A stretch of DNA of 64,000 nucleotides from positions 10,044,001 to 10,108,000 of the forward strand of contig JAGIQG010000040.1 of assembly GCA_024679065.1 (NCBI GenBank), read 5' to 3'. Every line of letters starts with the position of its first letter. Position 1 is the first letter of the stretch. This document shows, piece after piece, positions 1-12,545 of the stretch. This DNA is from Sphyrna mokarran. Lineage: Eukaryota. Position numbers and translations under genes: made by a program. The notes beneath the pieces are model-generated. The model was not told the origin of the DNA. It ran no database searches and was given only the letters and a program-made list of their open reading frames with translations.

Positions 1-220
1 CTGGAACATGATTTTTTAAGTTTAATGTTATAATGGAAGTATGTGTATAATGTTATATGTAATATGTTTGAAGTCAATCGTCATTAAATAATATTGGTAA
101 CACCAGATAACAGCACAGCCGGGAACAATTGACAGCTTTTTTTTCTTGGCACCCACGGACCTATGACCAAGAGGCAACTGTTTGCCTGTGAATGCTGATG
201 GTGAGAAAATAGTAAAATCC

Positions 221-294
221 CGTCCCTGGGTGGTTTCGAACCACCAACCTTTTGGTTAACAGCCGAACGCGCTGACCAATTGCGCCACAGAGAC
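221..294 (-). tRNA. tRNA-Asn-GTT: tRNA-Asn (anticodon GTT)
   Basis: Reverse complement GTCTCTGTGGCGCAATTGGTCAGCGCGTTCGGCTGTTAACCAAAAGGTTGGTGGTTCGAAACCACCCAGGGACG (74 nt) is close to the canonical vertebrate tRNA-Asn. A and B boxes are intact and TTTT follows. One anticodon-stem mismatch (CCAAA instead of CCGAA). Confidence 0.9.
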
Positions 295-859
295 TGAGAC
301 AGCAGCAGTTCAATATATTCTAAACCAGTTTGTGACCAATGATCAAATTCTATTTCTGAAATCCTGTTCCAGAACTGCAGCATGACCGCACTGTTTACGA
401 TTCTATACAAGTCTCTTTAGTTCCTTTGATCCAGCAGCGCTGCTGTACTGTGTTGGTTATTCCCTTTCTCTTATGAACGCGCATCTCTGACATCTCCTGC
501 AGTCACACAACCCTGTGAGATGTCTGCACTGATCTTATTGTGGCATCATGAGCATTCCACATGCAACATGATTTGCATCTATAAATTCTCATCTTGAACA
601 TTTCAATTGAAATTTCAAGGCAAGCAGAGCCTTTTGAGCAGAATGGTTCCTATTCCCATCCCCTTTAATGTGAACAAGTTGACTCTGATCTCACCAAAGA
701 GATTTTTATATTAAACAATGACTGAACACAGCGGGTGAATGTGAGAAGCTGAAGTTTCCAATTGAAGAGGTTCCCAGTGTCTCTGAACAGCTGAACTGGG
801 GAAGTCTTTCGGCAGAGACTGTGTTTCTGCTATTTCTCTTCCTGATCACCTGACGTCGC

Positions 860-1450
860 TGTAACACGCCCGGGCGCTGCTCCGCCCAGTGTCACCTCTC
901 CGCTCCGGCCACCCGCTGCTCGTTGGCGGAACATCCGGGTCCTAGTGAGAGGCGGGACCAGCCGCCATATTGCCGTGACGTCACGTCAGCCCCACCCACG
1001 GCCGTGGAAAAAGCGATGGTTCAGAAATGTAAAAAGTGAGAGAAATTCTCACCCGGAAATCCCGCCGGGAGCCGAATTAAAATTAAATAAAATACATACT
1101 TTTATAAAGAGGCAGGGGACAGAACCGAGCATGTGCATTAGTATTTTCCCAGAGCGCACCGCGCGGGTGTGATTGAAAAAAAACGGAATTTTAAAAAAAA
1201 TTCCGGAATGGAGAAGGAAACAAAAGTCTGACGGGTGAGGATGTGAATAATAATCATCAAGACTCAAAATATTAAAAGATTAAAATGCAACTGCCTTGGC
1301 GGATGTGCGGCAGTGGAAATCCCCAGGATGCAGCGCGTGGGACGCCGTCTCCCCTGGCAACGCAAGATGGCCGCTGGCCGTATCCCCTGGCAACGCAAAA
1401 TGGCCGCTCGCAGTGGGTGTGATTATGGCGCAGGCGCAGTGAGGTCCTGC
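860..1450. promoter_or_regulatory. CpG-rich promoter-like island, possibly bidirectional
   Basis: High CpG density against a CpG-poor background. ETS-like ACATCCGG 931-938, YY1 GCCGCCATATT 961-971, CRE TGACGTCA 976-983, two YY1-like CAARATGGCCGC in a 33-bp duplication 1344-1408, NRF1-like GCGCAGGCGCA 1428-1438. Confidence 0.5.
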
Positions 1451-1648
1451 CTGCAGCCCATTGTCCAGATTGCCCCCCAGTGGATGTGGTGGGGATGGTG
1501 CAGCAGATGGAGCAACAATCCCAGTTTCAATGGGGGGAGAGAAGTTGCAATGCTGCTTCCTGTTGATCACTCCTCTCCCCAGTCTCAGCATTGCAGAGTG
1601 TTTAAATAAGAGGGTGCATTGTCACAACAGCACCTGGACCTTCAGTTT

Positions 1649-1948
1649 AAGTTTATTTATTGGTGTCACTAATAAGTACGCTTACATTAACACTGCTATG
1701 CAATTCTTGTGAAAATTCCCTAGTTGCCACATTCCTGTTCGGGTACACTGACGGAGAATGTACCATGGCCAATGCATCTAACCAGCACACCTTTCGGACT
1801 GCTGGAGGAAACCAGAGCATCTGGAGGAAACCCATGCAGACATGGGGAGATGTGCAAACTGCACACAGATAGTGATCACAGCTGGGAATCAAGTTTGGGA
1901 TCCTCGTGCCGTGAGGCAGCAATCCTAACCACTGTGCCACTGTGTTGC
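1649..1948 (-). mobile_element. tRNA-derived SINE (HE1/V-SINE-like)
   Basis: Conserved core GGAGGAAACC..AGCA...GGAGGAAACCCATGCAGACA.GGGGAGA..GTGCAAACT.CACACAGA with a tRNA-like head at the high end; sister copy at 8236-8511. Confidence 0.8.
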
Positions 1949-2157
1949 AACACTCTCCCCCAGATATCAAACTACCTCCTCCCCCCATTAAATCATAAAA
2001 TTCCGACAGTGCATCAACTCTATGTCAACAAAGCATTTTACCCGATTCCCATAACCCTACATTTCCCTCTCATCCCCCTAACATTCACATCTTTGGACAT
2101 TAAGGGAGAAGTTAGCATGGTCAATCCACCTAACCTGCCCATCTTTCAGACCCCACA

Positions 2158-2680
2158 GGTATTCTGGTCTATTATAGAAAGGGTTTATTAAACTAGAAAG
2201 AATGGAGAAAAGATTTACTAGGATGCTATCGGGACATGATGGATTGAGTTATAAGGAGAGGCTGGATAGACTGGGACTTTTTTCGCTGGAGCTTAGGAGG
2301 CTGAGGGGTGACCTTAAAGAGGTCTATAAATAATGAGGGGCACAGATCAGCTAGATCGTCAATATTTTTTCCCAAAGTTAGGGGAGTCTAAAACTAGAGG
2401 GCCTAAGTTTAAGTTGGGAGGGGAACGATACAAAAGAGCATTTTTTTTCACACACAGGGTGGTGAGTGGCTGGAACAAACTGCCAGATGTAGTCACAGAG
2501 ATGGGTACAATTTTGTCTTTTGAAATGCATTTAGACAGTTACATGGGTGTGATGAGTCGGGAGGGATATGAGCTAAATACAAGCAATTGGGATCAGCTTA
2601 GAGGTTTAAAAAAAGGGCAGCATGGAGCAGTTGGGCTGAAGGGCCTGTTTCCATGCTGTAAACATCTGTAACTCTATATA
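2158..2680 (+). mobile_element. CR1-type LINE 3' fragment
   Basis: Encodes the ORF2 C-terminus (FFPKLGESKTRG..FFFTHRVVSGWNKLP) followed by the GGGCTGAAGGGCCTGTTTCCATGCTGTA tail. Confidence 0.85.
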
Positions 2681-3661
2681 GGGGGAACATGAAAACCCCA
2701 CACAGACAATGACCCGAGGCTGGAATTGAACACGGGTCCTTGGCACTAGGAGGCTGCACTGCTGATGACTGTGCTAATGTGCTGCCATTCAGGCAAATGT
2801 GTTTGGAGGGAGCATTAGACAGGTGTGGAGGGGAGGGAGGGGCGGGTGTTGGGTGAGTGGTAGGATGATTTCTAAATCACTTTGATGAGGAGGGAACATA
2901 GAAATCAGAAAAAAAAAATAGCTTCTCATCATTTTCCCTCATTCTTGCTCTTGTTACGAATTAAAAAGAAGCTCACTCCCCCATTCTGCCCACCAATAGG
3001 GCTAACAGAAATCACGGAAAAGGTTGTGGCACAGAAGGAGGCCATTCAGCCCTTCACATCATCACCAGCTGTGAAATAAAGACTAACCCTTCATTCTAAT
3101 CCCACTTTCCAGCGATGCAGCCTTTACCCGCCCCCCCACCGCCTCCCTCCCGCTTTCTAAAGTTTCCAGCAATGCAGCTATAGATCTGTGTGTGAGGTGA
3201 GTGAGCTGAGAAATTGTGTCTGAACTCTCAGTTTAGGCAGCGAATTCCAGATAGCCAGCACTACTTGAATGAGAACCTTCTTCCTCATGCCACCCCTAAT
3301 CGGTCCACCAATCACTTTATATCTGTGCAGCCCCCACTAACTCTCCCCCACTCCTCCCACTGCCACCCCCCCCCCAACTCCATCCCCACGCACTCACAAT
3401 AAGTGACCTCTCTCTGCTCAGGGGAAATTGACCTTTTCTATCCACCCTGTCTTGGCTCCCTCATAATTTAGGAGACCTCAGTCCGGTCTTCCTCTGCTTC
3501 CTCTGCTCTGAGGAAAACAAACTTTGCCAATCCAATCTTTCCTCATCACCACAATTCCCCAGCCCTGGCAACACTTTTGGAAATCCAAATGGTTATCCAA
3601 TCCGCCTAAACTGTCCATTTAACATTGTCCCATCGCCAACTGTGAACAACCACCAGATACT

Positions 3662-3955
3662 GGCACAACTGTGGCGCACTGGTTCACACTGCTGCCTCAA
3701 AGGGACTTGGTTCAATTCTGGAATTGTGTGACTGTGTGGAGTTTGCACGTTCTCCCCATGTCTGCGTGGGTTTCCTCTGGGTGCTCTGGTTTCATCCCAC
3801 TGTTCAAAGATGTGTGGGATAGGTCAATTGGTCATTCTTTAGTGACAGGGAAAGTTGCAGGGTAAATGTGTGGGATACTGGGACAGGACATGGATGGGAT
3901 TGTGGTTAGTGCAGACTTGATGGACAGAATGGCTTCCCCCTGTACTGTAGGGATT
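3662..3955 (+). mobile_element. HE1-like SINE, near full length
   Basis: tRNA-like head, core GTGGAGTTTGCACGTTCTCCCCATGTCTGCGTGGGTTTCCTC, and a CR1-like tail. Confidence 0.75.
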
Positions 3956-4279
3956 TTACACACAAATGAGAAACAGAGACGTTGCAAATGTTGGGAAATT
4001 TATTCAGAAAACAATGGGATATTTGTGGACATGTTCAGATAAAACTCAATGATGGTCATTGTCCAGGTCTACATTAAAACAGTGTTTTAATGTAGACCCC
4101 ACTCCTTCAAAGGATCATATATGATTCAAAAAAATCATCAATCAATCTTCTGTACTCCAATGGACTCTGTTCGATCTTTTCTCCTATCATCCTGTCCAAA
4201 GCCCCCAATCAGGTCGAGAGCCTTAAGAAAGAAAATATACAGTCTTTACACAGTTTGGCCTTCATGTGACTCCAGATAG

Positions 4280-4600
4280 CATTTTTATTCATTCATGGAG
4301 CATGGGCGTTCATTGCCCATCTCCAGTTGCCCTTGGAGGGCAGTTGCCAGTCAACCACATTGATGTGGCTCCAGACTCACGTGTTGGCCAAACCAGGGAA
4401 GCACAGCAGGTTCCCTTCTCTAAAGAACATAGTGACCGAGATGTTTTCTTTTTCCTGACAATTGGTAATGATTTCACTCTCATCAGCAGATTCAAAATTT
4501 CAGTTTTTTTTATTGAATTGAGTTTCAAGCTGCAGAATATTGGCTGAGTTTTTGGATTGACACTCAAATGGTAATATCACTACACCATTCCCTCTCCTGG
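4280..4600 (-). mobile_element. Second tRNA-derived SINE family
   Basis: Shares the GTGACTCCAG...CAATGTGGTTGAC...AACTGCCCT core with copies near 9010-9285, 27985-28275, 28790-28950 and 32500-32850. Confidence 0.6.
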
Positions 4601-5508
4601 TTGACTGTGAACTATGATCTGAGATGGCCATTAGCAAACTAAACTATTCAAATGCAATTAGCAAGAGCAACACAAAATCGGAAAATGCTAGAAAAGCTCT
4701 GCAGCTCTGACATCATTTGTGAAGAGGGAATAATATTACCTTTTTGAGTCTGTATGGCTCTGATGAATCACCATCGAGACTCTAAATTTTGGTTCTATTC
4801 TCTCTCCGCAGATACTGACAGACTCACTGAGATGTTCCAGAATGTTCTGGTTTTGTTTTGGATGAACGAATCCGCAGTAATTTGCGTTTCAGACCAGCAA
4901 CATTTTTTGGCCTTGCGAACAACACATAGACAAATGAATGAAAATTATTGAGAAATGACCCAAGAATTAACAAGTATTTGTGTAGCCGATTCTTCAGGCA
5001 GTAATCATTAATGAATCAAATGAAAATGTTGCACTGCAGTCAATCCTGTCACTCATTCGGTTCATATATTAAAGAACGAGGCCATTCGGCCTAACAACCG
5101 CATGTTTGCTATCTCAACGAGCTAAAAAAAGCCCGACTGATTTGCCGTTGACACATGTCCCTCTGCATGTTATATTTTCGATTTTATAATGATTCTCTTT
5201 TGAAAGTCACCTCAGAAAATGTTTACTCCGGTCTTTGAGACAATGAATCCTAGGCCCTAACAGTTGGCGATGAAAACACGATTTGCTCATGTTCAATTTC
5301 AGGAACAGTTCTTGCTATGTCTCTTACACGTGCACCTTACTAAGCCGCTATGAAATTTTAAAACGTATACAGTAACATACAGGCTACTGAGAAATAGCAG
5401 TTTGTCACTTGGCCTCTTTCTCCCTGCTTTGCCAGTAAACAAGATTATGACTGATTTTATTATTAGCTTCTGCCAACCATGAGCACATTTCACCCTTCTT
5501 GTTTACTA

Positions 5509-6887
5509 AGAATCCTAGTAAATCTCTTGTGCACCTTTTCTTGTTTAGCAGTATGCTTTCTATAACAGGATGACCAGAACTGTACGCAGTACTTCAAGTC
5601 CATTCAGCTGCGTTGAGTGTTTTTTTTTTACTTTGAGAAATGTTTATACAGAGAGAGAGAGAGACTGAGAAAGAGAAATCAACCACCCCCCCACCCCCAA
5701 CGCCACCCCACCCACCCGCCTCTCTGCCTTTTTCTAAGGCAGATTTTCTAAGATTTTCTAATTTTCTAAGCTCCTTCTGCCGTTAAAAATATTGAAAGTC
5801 TGCTTCCACTGCCTCCTGAGGGAAGGACTTCCAGGGACACATGACCCTCTGAGAGGAAAACCTTCCCATGCTTCTCTCTCCCAAATATGCGACCCCTTTT
5901 ATTAAAGACGTCCTTGGAGCTTCACTGGAGTATTGTGGCCAGCTAAGAAGGGACTCGTAGGCAGGGAGAGCAAGGATGAAAACAGGCTGTGAGTTGGAAT
6001 TCTAGAAATGAGCCGCACATTTCTTTTCTGGGGAAAAAACAGCGTAGGCCAAAGTGCAGCATTTCAGACGAAAACAGGAAACGCTGCCTGCATTAAACCA
6101 GCCAGTAACTGTGCAAGTGAGAAACCGAGTTCAGGTTTCAGATTGATGTCATTGCATGAGGGCTGGAAGATGTAAGAGATGAACAGTTTTTTTTTCATTT
6201 TTTCTGCGCCATGTGGTTGCTGCAGCCTCTCGCCCCATGTCTAACTGAATGTGTCAGAAGATAGGTAAATGTTGGCGACATTTCTTTAGGTCTTGTCTTA
6301 CATACAGTCCAGATTGTAGACAGATTTCATTTCTGAAAGAAGAGGACAACTAGAAACAGGAATAGGCCATCGGGCCCTCCGAACAGGGCTGGGAGACAGA
6401 GCGCTGTTCCTAATTGTTAAATAAAATTCACAGAGGCCTTTACAGTTCAGTTTTCAGAAGTTCAGATTTTCATTCCATCCTCTCCACAGCTTTTCCCCAA
6501 TTCTGTCTATTTCTCTCTGCTTTTCTCTCCATTTCCTTCCTCTACCTGCCTCTCTTTTTTATTTTCTCTCTCCCTCTTTTTCCCAGGAATTAATATTTAT
6601 CTCTCAGTAAAATCTGGAAAGCAGCAATCCTGGGATTTTGTGTGGTGTAATTTTCATTCTGTGTGTCCGAGGCAGAGAGGCGGGTGGGTGGGGGGATTGG
6701 GGGTGGGGGGGTTGATTTCTCTTTCTCAGTCTCTCTCTCTCTCTCTCTGTATAAACATTTCTCAAAGTAAAAAAAACACTCAACACAGCTGAATGGACTT
6801 GAAGTACTGTGTACAGTTCTGGTCATCCTGTTATAGAAAGCATACTACTAAACAAGAAAAGGTGTATAAGAGATTTACTAGGATTCT
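5509..6887. repeat. Inverted duplication, arms 5509-5729 and 6670-6887
   Basis: The arms are near reverse complements and include a CR1 piece, a poly-T/A run, (GA)n and a C/G tract. Confidence 0.9.
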
Positions 6888-7315
6888 ACTGGGACTTGAT
6901 GATTTGAGTTTTAAGAAGGCTGGATAGATTGGGACTTTTTTCTCCAAAGCGTAGAAGGCTGAAGGGTGATCTTACATAATAATGTGGGGCATAGATCAGC
7001 TAGATAGTTAATATCTTTTCCCAAAGGTAGGGAAAACTAGAGGGCATAGATTTAAAGTGAGAGGGAGAGATTCAAAAGTGTTCAGAAGGACATTTTTTTC
7101 ACACACAGGGTGATGAGTGTCTGGAACAAACTGCTAGTAGTAGAGCTGAGTACAATTTTGATCTTTTAAAAAGCATTTAGATAATTACATAGGTAAGATA
7201 GGTATAGAGGATATGGGCTAAATGCAGGAAATTGGGATTAGTTTAGCGTTTTTAAAGAAAAAAAGATCGTATGGACAAGTTGGGCCGAAGGGACTGTTTC
7301 AATGCTGTAAACACC
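6795..7315 (+). mobile_element. CR1-type LINE 3' fragment
   Basis: Degenerate YCVQFWS..RFTR..TRGH..FFTHRV coding remnants and the CR1 tail. Confidence 0.8.
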
Positions 7316-7369
7316 TAACTTTTTCTCCTCTCACTTTCCTTATGCCTGTGAGTAATTAACCCTTCGACC

Positions 7370-8660
7370 CTGGAGAAAAGACTGTTTATCCACTCTATCC
7401 AAGCCTGTCATAATCTTACAAACCTCTAACAGGTTCCCATCTCAATTTTTGACGCTCCAATGAAAACTAATCAAATTTGTTCAACCTTTCTTCATAGTCC
7501 ATATCAACTAAGCCAGGCCACATCCTGGTAAATCTCTTTTTTACCCTTTCCAATGCATCAATATCCTTCCATTAGTGTGGCAATCAGAATTGTGCAGAAT
7601 ATTCCAAATGTGGCCTAACCAATGACTTTTATAGCTGCAACATGTTTTTCCAATTCTTATACTCAACTTCTCGCCTAATTAAGACCAGCATGGTATTCGC
7701 CCTCTCGACCACCTTGAACACCTGAGTTGCCATACTCAGGGTATGTGGATCCGCACACCTCGATCCCTCTGTATACCAACATTTCTAAGGACTTTAGCAT
7801 TTACTGTTTACTTTCCTTATGCAGTAGACGTTCCAAATTACATCACTTCACGTTTTTTTGTCTGTGTTAAATTCCATTTGCCATTTTTTTAGCCCAGGTC
7901 TCTAGCCAATTTATATCCTGCTCTATCATCTGACAAATGGTATGTTAGCCTTCATAGCACCAGGATTTGACAATAGAGAGAGGGGTGTTTACTGAAATTA
8001 TACAGGGCATTGGTGAGGCCACACCTGGATTATTGTGTGCAGTTTGGTGTCCTTATCTGAGGAAAAATGTCTTTGGTATAGAGGGAATACTGCAAAGGTT
8101 TACCCGGCTTATTCCTGGGATGACAGATTTGTCATAAGAAGGGAGACAAAGTCAATTAGGATTGTATTATTTGGAGTTTAGAAGGGTGACAGGGGATCTC
8201 ATTGAAACTTATAAAATTCTAACTGGGTGAAGTTCAAAGTTTATTTATTAGTGTCACAAGTCAACTTACATTAACACTGCAATGAAGTTACTATTAAAAT
8301 TCTCTAGTCACCACACTGTTGCATATTCGGATACACTGAGGGAAAATTTAGCATGGTCATCTTTGGACTGTGGGAGGAAACTGGAGCAGCTGGTGGAAAC
8401 CCATGCAGACACGGAGAAAATGTGCAAATACTGCACAGACAGCAACCCAAGCCAGGAATCAAACCCGGGTCCCTGGTGCTGTCATGTAGCAGTGCTAACC
8501 ATTGTGCCACTAGAGGAGTTTCAGAAAGAATGTCCAGAATGGTGAGGGGAGTCCAAAACTAGGGGGTCATAGTTTGAGGAAAAGAGGTCAACTCTTCAGG
8601 ACGCAGAGAGTGGTGAATGTGCGAAATTCACTACCATAGAAGGTAGTTGAGGCAAAGCTG
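7370..8660. mobile_element. Two abutting CR1 fragments (minus 7370-7935, plus 7937-8660), the second interrupted by a SINE at 8236-8511
   Basis: Degenerate ORF2 motifs (VRPHLEY, GMLAFI, RFTR) on each strand; the SINE matches 1649-1948. Confidence 0.7.
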
Positions 8661-9439
8661 CTAGAGTCATAGAGGTTTACAGCATGCAAACAGGCTATTC
8701 GGTCCATAGGCGTGTGCTATTTTTGAATCATATATGCGTGTCCCATTTTCCAAAGTCAGCTGCTCTCTGCCACTTCAATATGGGTGTAATTCAGGCTGCA
8801 ACGGCTTTTGGTTTCCCCAATCAGCACTAGCTGCTTCAGTTTATTCAGGACTGGGTAATTTTGAGTCCAAAGTCAAATACTATTGGCTGCCATTGGGAAA
8901 GTTTTGAAAAAGTTCACGAGTATCGTCTGTTCTATTGGGGATACAACCAGTATCAATTGTAGCCAACTCAAGGCTCTGCTTTCACGACTCGGCCTCCTAG
9001 TTGCTCATGTTCAGAGGGCAATTAAGTGTCAACCACATTGCTGTGGCCCTGGAGTTACGATTAGGCCTGAGCACTTAAGGGCAACAGATTTCCTTCCCTG
9101 GGACATTGATGAACCAGATGGGGGTTTCCAACAATGAGCAATGTTTTTATGGTTATCAGCTGATTCTGAATTCCAGATCTATTTATTCAAATTCCACATT
9201 CTGCCATGATGAGATTGGAACCCGGTTGTCCAATACATTAGCTGAGTTTCTGTATTAATAATCGAGTGACAAAACCACCAGTCCACATTCTGAGTATACA
9301 CACCCTGAATTCCGGTAACCAAGACACACCATATTATATATGCCTGTAGGGCTCCCAATTTGGACAGCATTGACTGCCTCATATTCCAATAATTCCACCT
9401 GATAGTTATCGTTAAAGCCATTAAATAAGTTCATCTACC

Positions 9440-10160
9440 TCTTTCTGTGTTTCTGCTTCTCTCTCTCTCTGTCACCCTTTCTCTATGTCCCTCTGTGCCT
9501 ATGTGTCTCTCAATGTTTCTTTCTGTCTCTTTCTGTTGTCCACCTCCCCTCTACTCTCCCACTTTCTACGCAATTCCTCTGTCTCTCCAGCCCCTCTTAG
9601 CTTCAGTGTCCTTCTCCCACTCTCTATCCCCATTTACTTACTTGTCTGTTTGTTCTTCTCTCCCCATTTGCCCCCTACTCCCTGTCCCACCTCTCTCTCT
9701 CGCTCTAACTTTTGCTCTTGTTTGCATTCTACTCATTCAGTCTTACTCTTTCTCATTCTTTGCCTCTCTCTTTCTCTATACCTTTGTTTCTCTCTATCTC
9801 TGGCTATTTCCCTCTGCCTCATTTCTTGTCTTCCATTACCAATTCATCTCCCTTTCTCTCTCTTATTACAACCTCTAGTCTGCCTTCTTCTGTCTCCCTT
9901 TCTCATTCCCTCAATATCACCTTCGCCATTTTCTCCACTCTCTATCCCTGTACCTCTCACTCTATGACAGTCTTTGTGTTTTTTTTCTCTCTGTTATCTG
10001 TTTCTTTCCATGTACCTATTAGAAACTCTTTCAAACTCAGTTGCTCTCCATATGTTTGTGCCTTTCCCCTCTCTGCCAATCTCTCTCTCTATCACTCTCA
10101 CTGTTACTAGCACTATCCTCCATCTCTCTTTCTCTCTATTTCTAACTATTTCTGTTTCTG
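9440..10160. repeat. CT-rich low-complexity tract downstream of GPCR-A
   Basis: Pyrimidine-rich tract; inverted paralog of 27110-27820. Confidence 0.85.
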
Positions 10161-10230
10161 TGAGGGTGTATTGTTTACAGCATGAATGCCCAACAGAAAG
10201 ACTCAGGACTTTTGTGGTTGTAGTTTCCTG

Positions 10231-11132
10231 TCAGGATGTATTGAGTTGACGAATTTCAGTAAGGGGGTATTTCAGTAGATCGCTTAGCTGCTGTCTGAAA
10301 TGAGTCTGTGTCACAACATAAATGGCAGTGTTTGTGCAACAACTTGTGAGTTGCAGCATGAAGCCCAATTCCATAACAAAAAGAGGTAAACTTACTGACA
10401 GAGAGCCCAAGCCATACATCCGCATCCATATTGAATAAACCATTAATGTCGACCATAAGACAATGAAATTGCCTGAGATAAGAAACAGTAAAATGATGGA
10501 CTTCCTTCGACTTTCCATCTCTGGGTCACTAGGATTCTTCCCACTGCTGTGAACCCGGAGTCTCCTGCGGGCTCTGCTGCTCACTAAAATGTGTCTGACG
10601 GTGAGAGCATTGAGCAGCAGAATCAGGATGAATGGGACACATGGGGTTATAATGTTGTGGAGGAACTCAATTATTGTCCAGACCAGAGATTCCACAACAT
10701 CCCATGTGAAACCACAAAACCAGGGGTTGTTCACCAGCTGATACCTTTTTAATAACATAAAATACCAGAAAATGTTCTTTAGAAAGCTCAGCACCGTCAC
10801 TGTTCCCAGAACCGCAGCCGCTGATTTTTCAGTGCAATATTTACTTTTCAGTTTGGGGCAGCAAATGGCCACAAATCGATCAAAGGTGAAAGTGATGGTG
10901 AACCAGACAGAACAGTCAGTGGCTGCGTAAAGCAGGACAGCGTGGATGTTACACACGGGGACTGATAGCAGGAAATAAAACTTTCTCCAATAAACAATAG
11001 GAATGTGTCTCAATATCAGGTCGAGGATAACGACCAGCAGATCCCCCGCTGACATGGCCACCAGGTAACGAGTGACACATTTGGACAGACCACAGTTTCT
11101 GCTCATCAGTGTCACAATTGTGATTATGTTCA
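10231..11132 (-). CDS. GPCR-A exon 2 (TM1 end to C-terminus), GPR139/GPR142-like class A GPCR
   Basis: Open 902 nt with hydrophobic helices, the TM3 motif TFDRFVAIC, the TM3/ECL2 cysteines and TM7 TNTAIY. The acceptor CCTGACAG joins exon 1 in phase 1 (..GVP V NIITI..). Spliced product 372 aa. Confidence 0.9.
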
Positions 11133-12139
11133 CTGTCAGGAAGGAAATAAAGATTGTAATTAGACATGATTCAAGGGAAAAAGTTATGATTTAGAATGCA
11201 GATGGAACAGAATTTTTTAAAAAGTGCACAAACACAGATACGCTTAAATCTCTTTTATGATCCGGCACATCTTTTGGAGTGTGAGAGGAAAGTGGAACAT
11301 TTGGAAGAAAACCCATGCAGACACGGGAAGAAGGTCCAAATTTGACATAGACAATTACCCGAGACTGGAATTGAATCCAGATCCCTGATGCTGTGAGTCA
11401 GCAGTGCTTACCACTGTGCCAGCATGCTGCTCCATGACAGGGGCAAAATGATATACATTTTGGAAAGAGTTTTCCATAAATCCTCAAAATTGACCTTCAT
11501 TCAACAGCAGGTGAATAGTCTCTCTACTTTGTGAGGGATTTGAAGAGTGAGAAGGGGGTGAGGAGAACCCTGACGGATAATTCAGAGTGGAACCCTGTTG
11601 TTAGTAATCTGTCATCTTTCAGACAGCTTACTGACATCCGTGCAGCAGAACTGGTACCAAACAGTGTTGGTTTCTCCCTTTCCTCTGGACATTACCCGCA
11701 ATTGGCAGGGAAAGATTTTAATCAACTGCTTAAAATCTCTATTATGTTTACAAAGGATTGTATCCTGGAGAGGAGACCTCAGCATTGTGGCCACCATTCT
11801 CACAACACAGGAAGAAATAGTAATCCCACACTCGAATGGCACAGAACACAAATGCCAGGGTTTGTTTTCAAATGGTTAGGGTTCATTGTATAGCTACCAT
11901 CCATAGTGCCCAGTGTATTTGCTGCTGCCCCACTATCTCTTACTGGACAAGTGAAGCTCACTGAGTCTTCTCCCAGTAGGAAACTTGCTGACCTATACAC
12001 CAGGTAAAAAAAAAAACACATCAAACCAAATCGGCTATCAAACAAAAATCAAGCAACCTGTCTTAATGACTCATATGTCCAATATTATATTATGCAGCAA
12101 AAGATTAGTTATGGCATGAATCAGTTCCAGCCTTCTGGA

Positions 12140-12545
12140 TTGCCTGGATCCATTACAGTTCACCTATCTCCGCAACAGGTTACTGATGCTATCACTGTGG
12201 GCCTGCAGTCAACATCGTAACACTGACTCCTGCTTATCGACAACAACTCAGCCTTTAACATCATTATTCCAGTGAAACTCATGTACAAAGTCTCTGGCCT
12301 GGGGCTAGGCTCCTACCTTTGTAATCTGATCCTGACAGATAGCAATAAATAAGAACAGTCAAAACACCTCCTTCACAATAATCCTTATAAGTGGATTATA
12401 CACCCTTATACACCAATGACTGCATGGCCAAATTCCCCTCCAACTTAATATCCAAGTTTGCTGATGACACCACTGCAGTGGGTCAAATCTCAAACACCAG
12501 GGACAGGGAAGAGACGGAGAATCTGGGAAACTGGTGGGATCACAG
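12140..12545 (+). mobile_element. Decayed non-LTR retrotransposon RT fragment (Rex1/Babar-like)
   Basis: Remnants of LDPLQF.Y, SAFN.IIP, and KFADDTT. Confidence 0.6.

Noticed and set aside
9447-10249. Hydrophobic Leu/Ser/Phe-rich ORFs (also 27033-27843 minus)
   Set aside because: Translations of the CT-rich low-complexity tract, open in several frames.
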